IMG/VR virus record: IMGVR_UViG_3300009008_000005
Coordinates: 116,826-180,825 of that record
Direction: 5' to 3' (one strand)
Origin: a virus
Length of the DNA: 64,000 nucleotides
Positions 17,578 through 26,700 of this stretch are shown here, one piece after another (the first letter of the stretch is position 1; every line of letters begins with the position of its first letter). A model generated the notes under the pieces. It was not told where the DNA came from, ran no database searches, and saw only the letters and a list, made by a program, of their open reading frames with translations. The position numbers and the translations under genes were made by a program.

Positions 17578-18525
17578 ATGGCGGAGAAGGCAAAAATGCC
17601 AGCCGAGGCTAAGAAGATCGAGATCCCGTTCGACTCCATCGAACTGGACAAGTACGGCCTGCGTAACAGCAGGTCTGCAATTCCCAACACGGACAAGCTC
17701 CGGGCCTCCATCGAGGCGTTCGGTCTGCTCGTCCCAATGGTCGTGTGGAAGCCCCCAGGAAAGGATTCCTACGTCCTGTGCTGCGGGTACCTGCGACACA
17801 AGGCGATCACAGAAATCCGGTCCAAGGATGCAAAGCAGTACGAGACCATCGGAGTCTCCCTGCTGGACGGTGTTCCCCTCAACGACGCACTCTGCGTCAA
17901 CCTCGAAGAGAACATCAAGAGGGAGACCCTCAACCACGCAGACCTCGCAGCCCGCATGTTCCTCCTGAACCACGGGCGCAAGATGAGCGAGACTGCCATC
18001 GCCGACAAGCTCAACGTGTCCCAGGGGTACGTAGCACGCCTCATCGGCGTGCACATGAACTGCATCGACGAAGTGCTCCAGGCTCTCCGTGAAGGCCTCA
18101 TCTCCGTGCAGCGTGCAAAAGAGCTGGCCACCCTGGATCCGGAAGAGCAGCTCACCCACCTGGAGAAGCTGCTAGACCCGGAGAAGGCCGAGGAGTTCCG
18201 GAAGAGGCTGGCCAAGAAGGTCGGGCACTCTCGTCCAGGTATCAAGGTTATCCAGGCGCAGATCAAGCAGCTGGAGAAGTACGAGGGGGACCAGGATGTT
18301 GGCTATCGGCGTGGTGCTCTCGCTGCGCTCCGCTTCTCCTTGGGTACAGCCGAGGAAATACTCCTCTTCCACCCGCCTGAGTCTGCATCAGGGTCTGCCT
18401 TGAAGAAGACCATGAAGAAGCCTGACAAGAAGAAGGTCGCCGAGAAGAAGTTCCCGACCAAGAAGGAAACAAAGAAGAAGTCTGCGAAGAAGAAGAAGCT
18501 GGTCACGAAGAGGAGCAAGTCCTAG
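17578..18525 (+). CDS. ParB/Srx-like N-terminal domain, HTH and lysine-rich tail (315 aa)
   Basis: LRASIEAFGLLVPMVV, GYLRHKA (arginine-patch position), EENIKRETLN, ETAIADKLNVSQGYV; KKSAKKKK tail. Confidence 0.8.
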   Translation: MAEKAKMPAEAKKIEIPFDSIELDKYGLRNSRSAIPNTDKLRASIEAFGLLVPMVVWKPPGKDSYVLCCGYLRHKAITEIRSKDAKQYETIGVSLLDGVPLNDALCVNLEENIKRETLNHADLAARMFLLNHGRKMSETAIADKLNVSQGYVARLIGVHMNCIDEVLQALREGLISVQRAKELATLDPEEQLTHLEKLLDPEKAEEFRKRLAKKVGHSRPGIKVIQAQIKQLEKYEGDQDVGYRRGALAALRFSLGTAEEILLFHPPESASGSALKKTMKKPDKKKVAEKKFPTKKETKKKSAKKKKLVTKRSKS

Positions 18526-20163
18526 ATGACGCAGCTTGAATCTCTCATTTGTTCCGACTACCCGTTGACCTACGTCATCACGTCGGAAGAAGAGAGGCTC
18601 CTGTTGGAGCTGGACAGGATCCTGAAAGATAACGATATGCACGCTGAGGTGCACGCATGGGACATCGTCAACGGTGTTCGCCCGGTGTACATCCGGGAAG
18701 GCGTACCTCAGTTCGGTGACTCCATCGTCATGGGTCCTGATCCCTCCGCAGGGGTTGAGTGGCTGGGAGAGAGGAACAAGGACACGATCCTTCTGTTCCT
18801 CGACATCCATCGTACATTCGATGACGCCCAGTCCGTTCGTGCTCTTCGGAATGTTCTACAACTACGCCACCACAACGACGTGGCACGCACAGCGATGATC
18901 GTGTCCCCTATCTCCGAGGTTCCTCCAGAACTCCGTAGGCAGGTGGCCGTCATCGACTTCGACCTACCGACCCGCTTGGATATCGCAGAGTACCTCGCAG
19001 TGAAGCAGAAGAAGGCCGAGCTGGGAGACGCACTGGGAAGCAAGCCTGAGGACCTCACTGACATCATCGACGCTTGTAGAGGGCTGACCCTCTACGAGAT
19101 AGAGAATGTACTCGCACGAGCCTACATCGAGGAGGGCAAGGTAAGCCCCGAAATCGTAGTTCGTGAGAAGAAGTCCATCATCAGGTCCAGCCGTTCCCTT
19201 CAGTACTATGACACCAAGGAGTCACTGGAGAACGTCGGTGGTCTAGAGAACATTCACAAATGGTTAGCGCAGCGCAGATTGGCTTTCTCTCCGAAGGCCA
19301 GAGAGTTCGGGTTACCATACCCAAGAGGGATCCTCCTTGTAGGAGTCCCTGGTGGCGGGAAAAGCCTGGTGTGCAAAGCAGTGTGCGCCAGCTGGAAGAT
19401 TCCTCTACTACAGTGGAACGTGGGTGCGTCCTTCGGAAAGTACCTGGGAGAGACTGAAGGTGAGGAGAGGAACGTAGAGAAGACCTCCGAAGCTGTAGCT
19501 CCTTGCGGGTTGTGGGCCGACGAGATCGACAAGGGTCTTGGAGCTTCCGCCGCAGGTGGTGGAGCTACTGACGGTGGAACAGGGGCCCGCATGGTCGGGA
19601 GCTTCCTCACATGGATGGAAGAGAAGACGGAACCTGTCTTCGTCCTCGCCACCTGCAATGCCATTGAAGGTCTAGGGCCGCTTCTACGCCGAGGCAGGTT
19701 CGACGAGATCTTCTTTGTAGATGTACCTAACGAGAATGCTCTTGGACAGATACTTGAGATCCACATCCGACTGAAGGGTAGGGACCCGGAGAAGTTCGAT
19801 ATCCCTCGCCTTGTGGAGAGGTCCTTAGGCCTTGTGGGAGCTGAAGTGAAGAGCGCTATCGAAGATGCACTCTTCCTAGACTTCGAGAAAGGTCAGGAAT
19901 TGTCACAAGAGTCCTTGGAGACATGTCTACTTCGAGTCATTCCGCACTGCATCACACGGAAGGACGAGATAGCGAGGTTGCGAAAATGGGCAGAAGACAA
20001 AGCCCAACCGGCGCAATCAGAGCCTCTGGATTTACAGAGAGCTTTGGACTTGCGAGAGCAGTTGGCCCAACAATCCCAGCAGGGATCACGCAGATCTTTG
20101 GCCCGCCGGGGTCGGGTAAAACGTCGCTTGCCCTCTGGCTCGAAGGCCTCGCCCAAAAAGTAA
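18526..20163 (+). CDS. Ycf46-like AAA+ ATPase (545 aa)
   Basis: degenerate N-terminal AAA (YVITSEEERL), VGGLENI, GVPGGGKSL Walker A, WADEIDK Walker B, LLRRGRFDEIFFVD, RLRKWA. Confidence 0.88.
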   Translation: MTQLESLICSDYPLTYVITSEEERLLLELDRILKDNDMHAEVHAWDIVNGVRPVYIREGVPQFGDSIVMGPDPSAGVEWLGERNKDTILLFLDIHRTFDDAQSVRALRNVLQLRHHNDVARTAMIVSPISEVPPELRRQVAVIDFDLPTRLDIAEYLAVKQKKAELGDALGSKPEDLTDIIDACRGLTLYEIENVLARAYIEEGKVSPEIVVREKKSIIRSSRSLQYYDTKESLENVGGLENIHKWLAQRRLAFSPKAREFGLPYPRGILLVGVPGGGKSLVCKAVCASWKIPLLQWNVGASFGKYLGETEGEERNVEKTSEAVAPCGLWADEIDKGLGASAAGGGATDGGTGARMVGSFLTWMEEKTEPVFVLATCNAIEGLGPLLRRGRFDEIFFVDVPNENALGQILEIHIRLKGRDPEKFDIPRLVERSLGLVGAEVKSAIEDALFLDFEKGQELSQESLETCLLRVIPHCITRKDEIARLRKWAEDKAQPAQSEPLDLQRALDLREQLAQQSQQGSRRSLARRGRVKRRLPSGSKASPKK

Positions 20164-20837
20164 GACCCACCTACTGGTTGAAGTTTGAGCCTCTACCTGA
20201 AAGGGATCACTTCATCCGCATGGGAGTGGACCTGGAGAAGCTACACATTGCTTCACCTAAGACTCTGGACGGAGGGTACAGCCATCTACGTTCCCTCGTC
20301 CCTCACTCACTCGTCGTATGGGACTGTCTAGACTCCACCAAGGTCGGAGACGGCCAAGAGCTTAGTAGCGGCACACACGGCGTCTACGAGCCTCTGGTGG
20401 AGTACTTTGAGGACATAGCGAACCTGGTACACGAGTTCGGCATATCCCTGATTGTCATCTCCCAGGTTCGCCAGTCCTTCAAAAACCCCCGGGAAGTCAT
20501 ATCTTCAATGGAGTACCTCCTACCCTTCTTCGTCATGTCGTTGAGTGTAGAGGTCAAGAAAACCGAGTCCAGGTTCGGTGAAAAGACCTGGAAGCGCATG
20601 CATGTGCATGCCCGTAGAAATCTGACCTGGCCACCAGGCGGAAGTGCCGACTTACACTATCACGAGACCTTGGGGTTCTGCCCTGAGATCGAACTCGTAA
20701 TAGAAGCTGAGAAGAAGTACGGACCTAAGTGGAGAAACGAGCTAGGTATCACCATGCCACGTGGCCGGGAACAAGCTGTAACACGAATCCGGGAGAACCC
20801 GGAACTATTCGAACAATTATGGAGGGCAGTGCTATGA
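19986..20837 (+). CDS. divergent RecA/UvsX-like P-loop ATPase (about 283 aa; start uncertain)
   Basis: TQIFGPPGSGKTSLA, MGVDLEKL, LVVWDCLDS, LIVISQVR motifs in RecA order; GAGGT SD before ATG 19986. Confidence 0.65.
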   Translation: MGRRQSPTGAIRASGFTESFGLARAVGPTIPAGITQIFGPPGSGKTSLALWLEGLAQKVRPTYWLKFEPLPERDHFIRMGVDLEKLHIASPKTLDGGYSHLRSLVPHSLVVWDCLDSTKVGDGQELSSGTHGVYEPLVEYFEDIANLVHEFGISLIVISQVRQSFKNPREVISSMEYLLPFFVMSLSVEVKKTESRFGEKTWKRMHVHARRNLTWPPGGSADLHYHETLGFCPEIELVIEAEKKYGPKWRNELGITMPRGREQAVTRIRENPELFEQLWRAVL

Positions 20838-21019
20838 AGAGGGCCGAGATCGAGATCCTTCCTGACGGGACGATGAAAGCAGAGGCCATCGACTTCGAGG
20901 GAAAGGGTTGTGAGGTGTTCCTACAGGAACTTACGAAGGGCCTGAAGCCAAAGAGTAAGCAGAGGAAGAAGGAGGCATTGGTCCTGGACAAGGCTCCAAG
21001 ACAACGGCTCCGTACATGA
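20834..21019 (+). CDS. DUF2997-like small protein (61 aa)
   Basis: IEILPDGTMKAEAIDFEGKGC pattern; next to a Ycf46-type AAA. Confidence 0.6.
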   Translation: MKRAEIEILPDGTMKAEAIDFEGKGCEVFLQELTKGLKPKSKQRKKEALVLDKAPRQRLRT

Positions 21020-21564
21020 TCTATGCCGGGATCATTGAGAACAGTGAGGTGAATGGACCAGGACGGAGAAATGTACTCTTCGTTCGTGGGTGCCCTCACG
21101 AGTGTCCTGGCTGCTACAACGCAAGTCTATGGGATCTCAGAGTCCCGGGTGCGTTGGAGGCTACACCAGAGGACCTAGCGGACAAGCTGATGATGGGTTC
21201 ACCCGATGGTGTATCCATATCGGGAGGAGAGCCCCTGCTGCAGCTAGCAGAGCTACTCCGACTCTTGCAATCCCTGAATAGGGAGGGAGTTTCCGTAACC
21301 ATCTTCACAGGTTACACCAAAGAGGAGATCATGGGTTCACCAATGATGTCCGCTGTGCTGAACCTTGTAGACATCCTTGTTTGCGGACGTTACGATTCTA
21401 GTCAGCCCTCAGGCGCTGGCTTGAGAGGTTCCGAGAACCAGGAGATTCTGGTGCTGAACGGTGAGTGGGATAAGGAAGAGTTGGAGACATGTCCACACTT
21501 CCTTGAGATCCATTCCGACCCACCGATCATCACAGGATTCCCTGCGGCAGCAATCTTGAAGTAG
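21016..21564 (+). CDS. radical SAM 4Fe-4S protein (NrdG-like activase), 182 aa
   Basis: VNGPGRR, GCPHECPGC (CxxxCxxC), SGGEPLLQ, FTGYT, VCGRY, GSENQ. Confidence 0.85.
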   Translation: MIYAGIIENSEVNGPGRRNVLFVRGCPHECPGCYNASLWDLRVPGALEATPEDLADKLMMGSPDGVSISGGEPLLQLAELLRLLQSLNREGVSVTIFTGYTKEEIMGSPMMSAVLNLVDILVCGRYDSSQPSGAGLRGSENQEILVLNGEWDKEELETCPHFLEIHSDPPIITGFPAAAILK

Positions 21565-21574
21565 GAGGAAAGAA

Positions 21575-21988
21575 ATGTCAGCGTATCTAACTTGTGTGGC
21601 CGTGTACGAGAAGCCCGAGCTTATCGAAGAGGCCCTGAAAATGTTGGGTCTTCGTCCCCAGACTGGGACGGGTCTCACCCTCACCGGGGGCGACCGGGCC
21701 GTGCAGAACGCATCTATCAAGGTGGACAAGTCTCAGTATGGCGGTACTGCAGACCTCGGGTTCGTGAAGAAGAATGCCGAGTACGAGATGTTCATGTACA
21801 ACGGGGACAGCGGGAAGATCGCAGCGAAGTCCAGCAGCATCAAGCGGGGCACTGCCTTCAACACCGCCTTCCGTCAGGCGTACACGATGACGCAGCTCAC
21901 GGCCAATGCCAGACTGAAGGGTATTCGTATCCAGAAGCAGGCTAACCAAGTGTTTGGCCAGCCCGTCAAGATGACAGCGTTCGCCTAG
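21575..21988 (+). CDS. DUF1257-like protein (137 aa)
   Basis: MSAY...LIEEALKMLG...DLGF...Y...FRQAY pattern; AGGAGG SD. Confidence 0.6.
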   Translation: MSAYLTCVAVYEKPELIEEALKMLGLRPQTGTGLTLTGGDRAVQNASIKVDKSQYGGTADLGFVKKNAEYEMFMYNGDSGKIAAKSSSIKRGTAFNTAFRQAYTMTQLTANARLKGIRIQKQANQVFGQPVKMTAFA

Positions 21989-22812
21989 GACGTTACCGGC
22001 TGCTGCTGCACTGAAGACTGGTCCATGAACTCCTTCTGAGTGAAGAGTCCCTTCAGCAGGGAAACACCATTCACATTCACGGGGACGAGGTTTCCACAGA
22101 TGATGGAAATCGTCTCCTGAATGATGAGGCCCTGTGAGTCCACAGCCATGGTGTGGGTAGGAATGTGGCACTGCTCAAGGTAGTACCCTGCCACATTGTT
22201 GTCCTCGTTGTCCCTCATGAGGAAGAACAGACCCGTAGGCATCTTGAAGAGATCGGACGCCAGGTTGATCCAGACGTTCTCGTACCCGGGTGGGATCCGA
22301 ACTTCCGGCATACCGGAAGAGAGCTTCGTGCTCTGGATTCCACTTCGAGATTCAATCTGGGTACCGCTCTGGTCGTTCGTCACGAAGGGCTTCAGGTAGT
22401 CGGGTAGGTCCGTCATGGTCCCAAAGACCTGATGGACAGGCTCGACGCCTGAGGTACCTACGGAGTCGTTGTACCAGCTGTACATGAGGCGCAGGAGGGA
22501 GGGGCCGTGATAGACGATTCGTCCGAGGGAGACCTGACGGACAGTCCTCCCACGGAAGAAGTAAGGCCTCTCGCCTCCGATCTCATGGATCTGCTGGACG
22601 GCGGAGTTCTGAGAGATAGCGAAGTTCTGCGCCAGACCGATAGGGTACAGGACCTCGGTATTTTCATTACCTCCACCGGCCATCAGGTCGATGATGGATG
22701 AAAGGTAGGGAGGGCCTGCGCAGATTAGAGTGTTTCTACCTGAGAGGTAGTTGTACTCCCGCAGTCCCCCCTGGACGTGTTTGTTGAAGGGATCCCAACT
22801 TTGGACGGGCAT
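21985..22812 (-). CDS. putative tail tube protein (275 aa)
   Basis: ISQNSAVQQIHEIGGERPYFFRGRT and YYLEQCHI...IIQETISI tube-like pattern; downstream of the sheath; AGGAGGT SD. Confidence 0.6.
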   Translation of the reverse strand: MPVQSWDPFNKHVQGGLREYNYLSGRNTLICAGPPYLSSIIDLMAGGGNENTEVLYPIGLAQNFAISQNSAVQQIHEIGGERPYFFRGRTVRQVSLGRIVYHGPSLLRLMYSWYNDSVGTSGVEPVHQVFGTMTDLPDYLKPFVTNDQSGTQIESRSGIQSTKLSSGMPEVRIPPGYENVWINLASDLFKMPTGLFFLMRDNEDNNVAGYYLEQCHIPTHTMAVDSQGLIIQETISIICGNLVPVNVNGVSLLKGLFTQKEFMDQSSVQQQPVTS

Positions 22813-22847
22813 TCTATTTACCTCCTAAGTAGACACACTAACCTATT

Positions 22848-23705
22848 CTACAGCACTACGATGGGATCATCCAAGAGCTGGTACTCAACAAAGATGGTCA
22901 TCTTCCCGGCTGTAAGGTCTGCAACTGCAATGTCAATGGCGATAGGAGAGCCAGAGACGCCGTTGAGAACCATGTTTGCAGCCGTACCGTCGACTGCCGT
23001 GTCGTACGTGGTATCTTCCTCGAAGTTCTCCGCACCGGCACCACCTACAAGGGAAGGTGTCCACAGTGCACCACCCAGAAGGCCAATATCAATCGTAGCC
23101 CCACCGGGAACTGGATTCTCTACAATGGTCTCATCAACGTGGAAGTAGGCTCTGGTGACCATCGCCCTCGGGGGAACCATCGCAGGAAGGATGATGAGAC
23201 CAACGGTTCCACCGTGGAGGTCGAAGTCATAAGTCGCACGGGCAACGCTCTTGCCTACGTTCCCGTCAATGGACCCACCAGCCTCGGAGATCGGGATCCA
23301 GCCCATGAGGATCTCGAAGATTAGGACGTGGCCTGTGTTCCCATTGATGATGATTGCGCCCGGAGGGAGGAGGTCGAAGTCCCATGCTGCTTCGTCAGAA
23401 TCCCAGGTAGCCAGGTATGCCCAGTAGTTCTCAAAGGCATCGCCAGCACCGGGACCTTGTTCCGTCCGTAGGGCCTCATCCCATACCAGCCACTGCTCAC
23501 CATCCGCAGGGGCAACGATGGTGTCTGCGTCGACTGTCGCACCGGCTACGGTGACCAGCTCCAGGTTCTGGGTCTCCATGTCGGCCTGAACGGCGAGGAA
23601 GGCAGTCTCTACGTCTGCACGCAGGAATTTACCTACCCGGTCGGCCTGCTCAAGGTGAGGGTACTTCGCTTTCAAGTGCCCAAAGTAGTCGCTGTAATCA
23701 GACAT
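22848..23705 (-). CDS. putative virion structural protein (285 aa)
   Basis: between sheath and tube; beta-rich C-terminus; AGGAGG SD. Confidence 0.55.
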   Translation of the reverse strand: MSDYSDYFGHLKAKYPHLEQADRVGKFLRADVETAFLAVQADMETQNLELVTVAGATVDADTIVAPADGEQWLVWDEALRTEQGPGAGDAFENYWAYLATWDSDEAAWDFDLLPPGAIIINGNTGHVLIFEILMGWIPISEAGGSIDGNVGKSVARATYDFDLHGGTVGLIILPAMVPPRAMVTRAYFHVDETIVENPVPGGATIDIGLLGGALWTPSLVGGAGAENFEEDTTYDTAVDGTAANMVLNGVSGSPIAIDIAVADLTAGKMTIFVEYQLLDDPIVVL

Positions 23706-23715
23706 TAGTTCCTCC

Positions 23716-26700
23716 TTACACCACCAGTGTCACCCGGATTCTATTTGCCGGGTAGTAGGGTGTGATGTCCACTTCGATAAGAATCGTATCCGGGTTATCC
23801 GGATCGATAACGATGTTGACTACGGTCGCACGCTGGACGATGACTCCGCTGAAGCTGCTCACCAAGGTGTTGATAATGGTAGACAGCAGCGCCATGAAGT
23901 TCGGCGTGATGTTGTAGCGACCAGCCAGACGGTTGATGTTCGTCCGGATGATCTTGGTCATGTAGTCCAGTACACGGGTAATGGACAGCTCCCTCGTCTG
24001 GAGGGATGATACGTCCGTGGTCAGCTGGTGACGTACGAACACGGGACCGTCTGCGCTCTCCTGGATGAGCCACATGACCCCGCCACCTGCGGCTAGATCC
24101 ATGTTGGCTTCGGAGAACTGGTCCCAGGACCCGGAACAGGCTTCGATCCCGTACAGCACGGTCCCCGTGAAGGACTGGTGCGGCGGGAGTGCAGATGCCT
24201 TACCTGCGAGGGCTGCGCATGCGTAGTATCCGTGAAGGACTACGTCCGTGCCTGAGTCGTTGTAAGTAACCTGGTCAGGCTGCACGAAGGCCATGCGGCG
24301 TGTTCCGTAGCGGCTGGCCATGTCAGAGATGGCCTCTGCTGCGTATTGCCGTCCAGTGGTCGTAGTGTAGGACACTGATGCCTGGCGGACGAAGAGAGTA
24401 ACCGTCTCGCCGTCGACATCCCACGTCGGGGAGTCCCCGTACCCAGGGAGGTCCTCGGAGAAGAAGGCATCATCGTTACCGTTCGTCGCAGGTCCCGACC
24501 CAGCGGAGAAGCCAGTGGTGCGGCACTTGAGGACGTTACCAGCAGCGATCTCCGATACGGAGTAGCGGAACCCGTCTCCGCTCCTCTCGATGTACAGGCC
24601 ATCCGAGATGGCGCAAATACCGAAGGTCGGCACAGGGTTACCCAGAGCATCGGTCTTCCCGATAAGGGCGGCTGCGATGTTGAACCCTGTCGCCGGGTCG
24701 ATAGCCAGGTCGAAAGTAAAGGTCGGGAGATTTACGACTGCGTCTACGCCCGTGTCCGTACCGACAGACGTAGGCTTCCTCTCCGTAGGCTGTGTCTGGC
24801 AGACGAAGCCGAGCCTCTCACTCCGGCCTGTCTCAGGATCTTCCATCGTCTCGATGTGGGTCTTGAGCGCATCATGCACCGACCGATCAGCGGTCAGAGG
24901 TGCGATGGAGTACACATCGTTCGCCTCAAGGAGACCGAAGGCGTTGTTGTACGCAGAGGTAGTTCCCTGCGGCTGTGCAGTAGAGACCGCATCGACCGAC
25001 AGCACCTTCACCTGCGTGTTGGGCGCATTGTTCATCGCAAGGTACGCACCCACAGTCAGGGGATTCCTGCTACTGATGGTACCTAGAGTAGTCGTGATGT
25101 CGTCGGTCCCACCCAGGATAGTTACGCCACTACCCAGGGCAGACAGGTCACTACGGAGTGCGTCATATCCGCAGACCATAGAGAAGCTTGGGTCGGATAC
25201 CCACATCCCACCGTTGTCTCGACCAATACCAGACTTGATCGTGAACCTCTCCAGAGTAGACGAAAGTGTCAGCTCCGGAAGCGGACGACTGGCGATGAGG
25301 CCTGTAGACGTAGAGGTGAGGTTCTCGGCCTGGTAGTACCAGTATGCGATGGGCGTACCCATGGTACCGGCCTGTGCGTCCAGCTTCGTGATGGCGTTGG
25401 TGAGAGTACCCGTTCCCAGAACTCCTGCGGGGAATGCGTAGTTCTCGAAGGCCGTCACAACTCCCTGCTCCACGCCGCCATTGTAGAGTGTGTCCCCAAC
25501 GGCTGTGGTGATGGGATCTCCGAAGTAGCAACCCTCATAGTCGAGATCAGAGGAGCTGTAGGACCCGACCATGAGCAGCTGGAGACCGTCGATCTCACGA
25601 AGCTCTATGGAGCAGTCCGAGCCTGCTGTCGTCGTAGCCAGGAGGGCATCATTCAGATCGAACCTGATGCAAGGAATCGCCGCACCAGCAGCAGGTAGCG
25701 CTACGATCGTGTAGCTGCAACTTGTGCAGTCCGTAATGTTTGCCGTGATGTCGATGTTAGTCGCACCACCAACGGCTCCGATTGCGGAGAGGGCGTTCCA
25801 ATTCGTCCCGCCGACTGTGTCGTAGACCCAGCACCGGAACTCACCGCCAGCGGTGACATCCATCGCCACGAAGTCCTTGGTCAGGTCGGTGAGTGTCGTG
25901 TTCGCACCAGCAGAAACGGCTGCGGTTCCGCTGCAGTACTCAACGCCGACCGTGGCACTCACAGGAGCCCAGGTGCTGGCGATGTTCACGCCTACCTGCG
26001 CATTGATGGATGCCGTAATATCCGCTGGCAAAGTGGCAGTGGGATCAATCGTTACGATCGTCTCTGCACCACCATTGAGCCGGACACCGAACTGCTTATC
26101 TTGCAGATTCAGGACCTGCTGTGCGGTCATCATGGCCTGTCCCAGCACCCTTGGGTAGGCGGTATTGGTACCACCCAGGGTGTAGGTGTTGGTCATCGCC
26201 CCGCCGTAGTTATACGGGTCAGCTCCGAAGCTCAGGTTGTAAATCTGGCTATCGTGAACATCCGAGATGGTGTTCGTACCCGTGGCCCCGGAGTTCAGGT
26301 AACTCGCACCTGTACTGGAGGAAGCTCCTGGGTCCAGGTAGTTTGCCCAAGTCGTCTGGGCCTGGATGTTCGTGTCGAAGTCGTCGAGAGTATCCAGTCC
26401 TGTAGCAGCTGCAGCGTCCAGGATACGGTAGTGGCACTTCATGGCTACTTCGGCACCCACCAGGACTGCGTCGTCCAGGTGCGGCCATGAGGTCCAGGTA
26501 TCGGTGATCAAGGTAACGATAGCTACCTTCACCGGACCAACGAGGTCGTCAACCAGCTCGTCCAGTGTGTCCAGGACACCAGCACCGAGGTTTGCGTTGA
26601 TGGTGATCACTGTACCGGCGTTTGTACCGTCCATGATGACCATGAACTCACCACCGCCGATAGTCGGCCACACAGTCGACCCTCCAGGAGGACAGGTGAT

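Noticed and set aside
21016-21564. Naming this gene nrdG
   Set aside because: The motifs fit the family, but no NrdD is in the window and the context is the AAA/DUF module, so the substrate is unknown.
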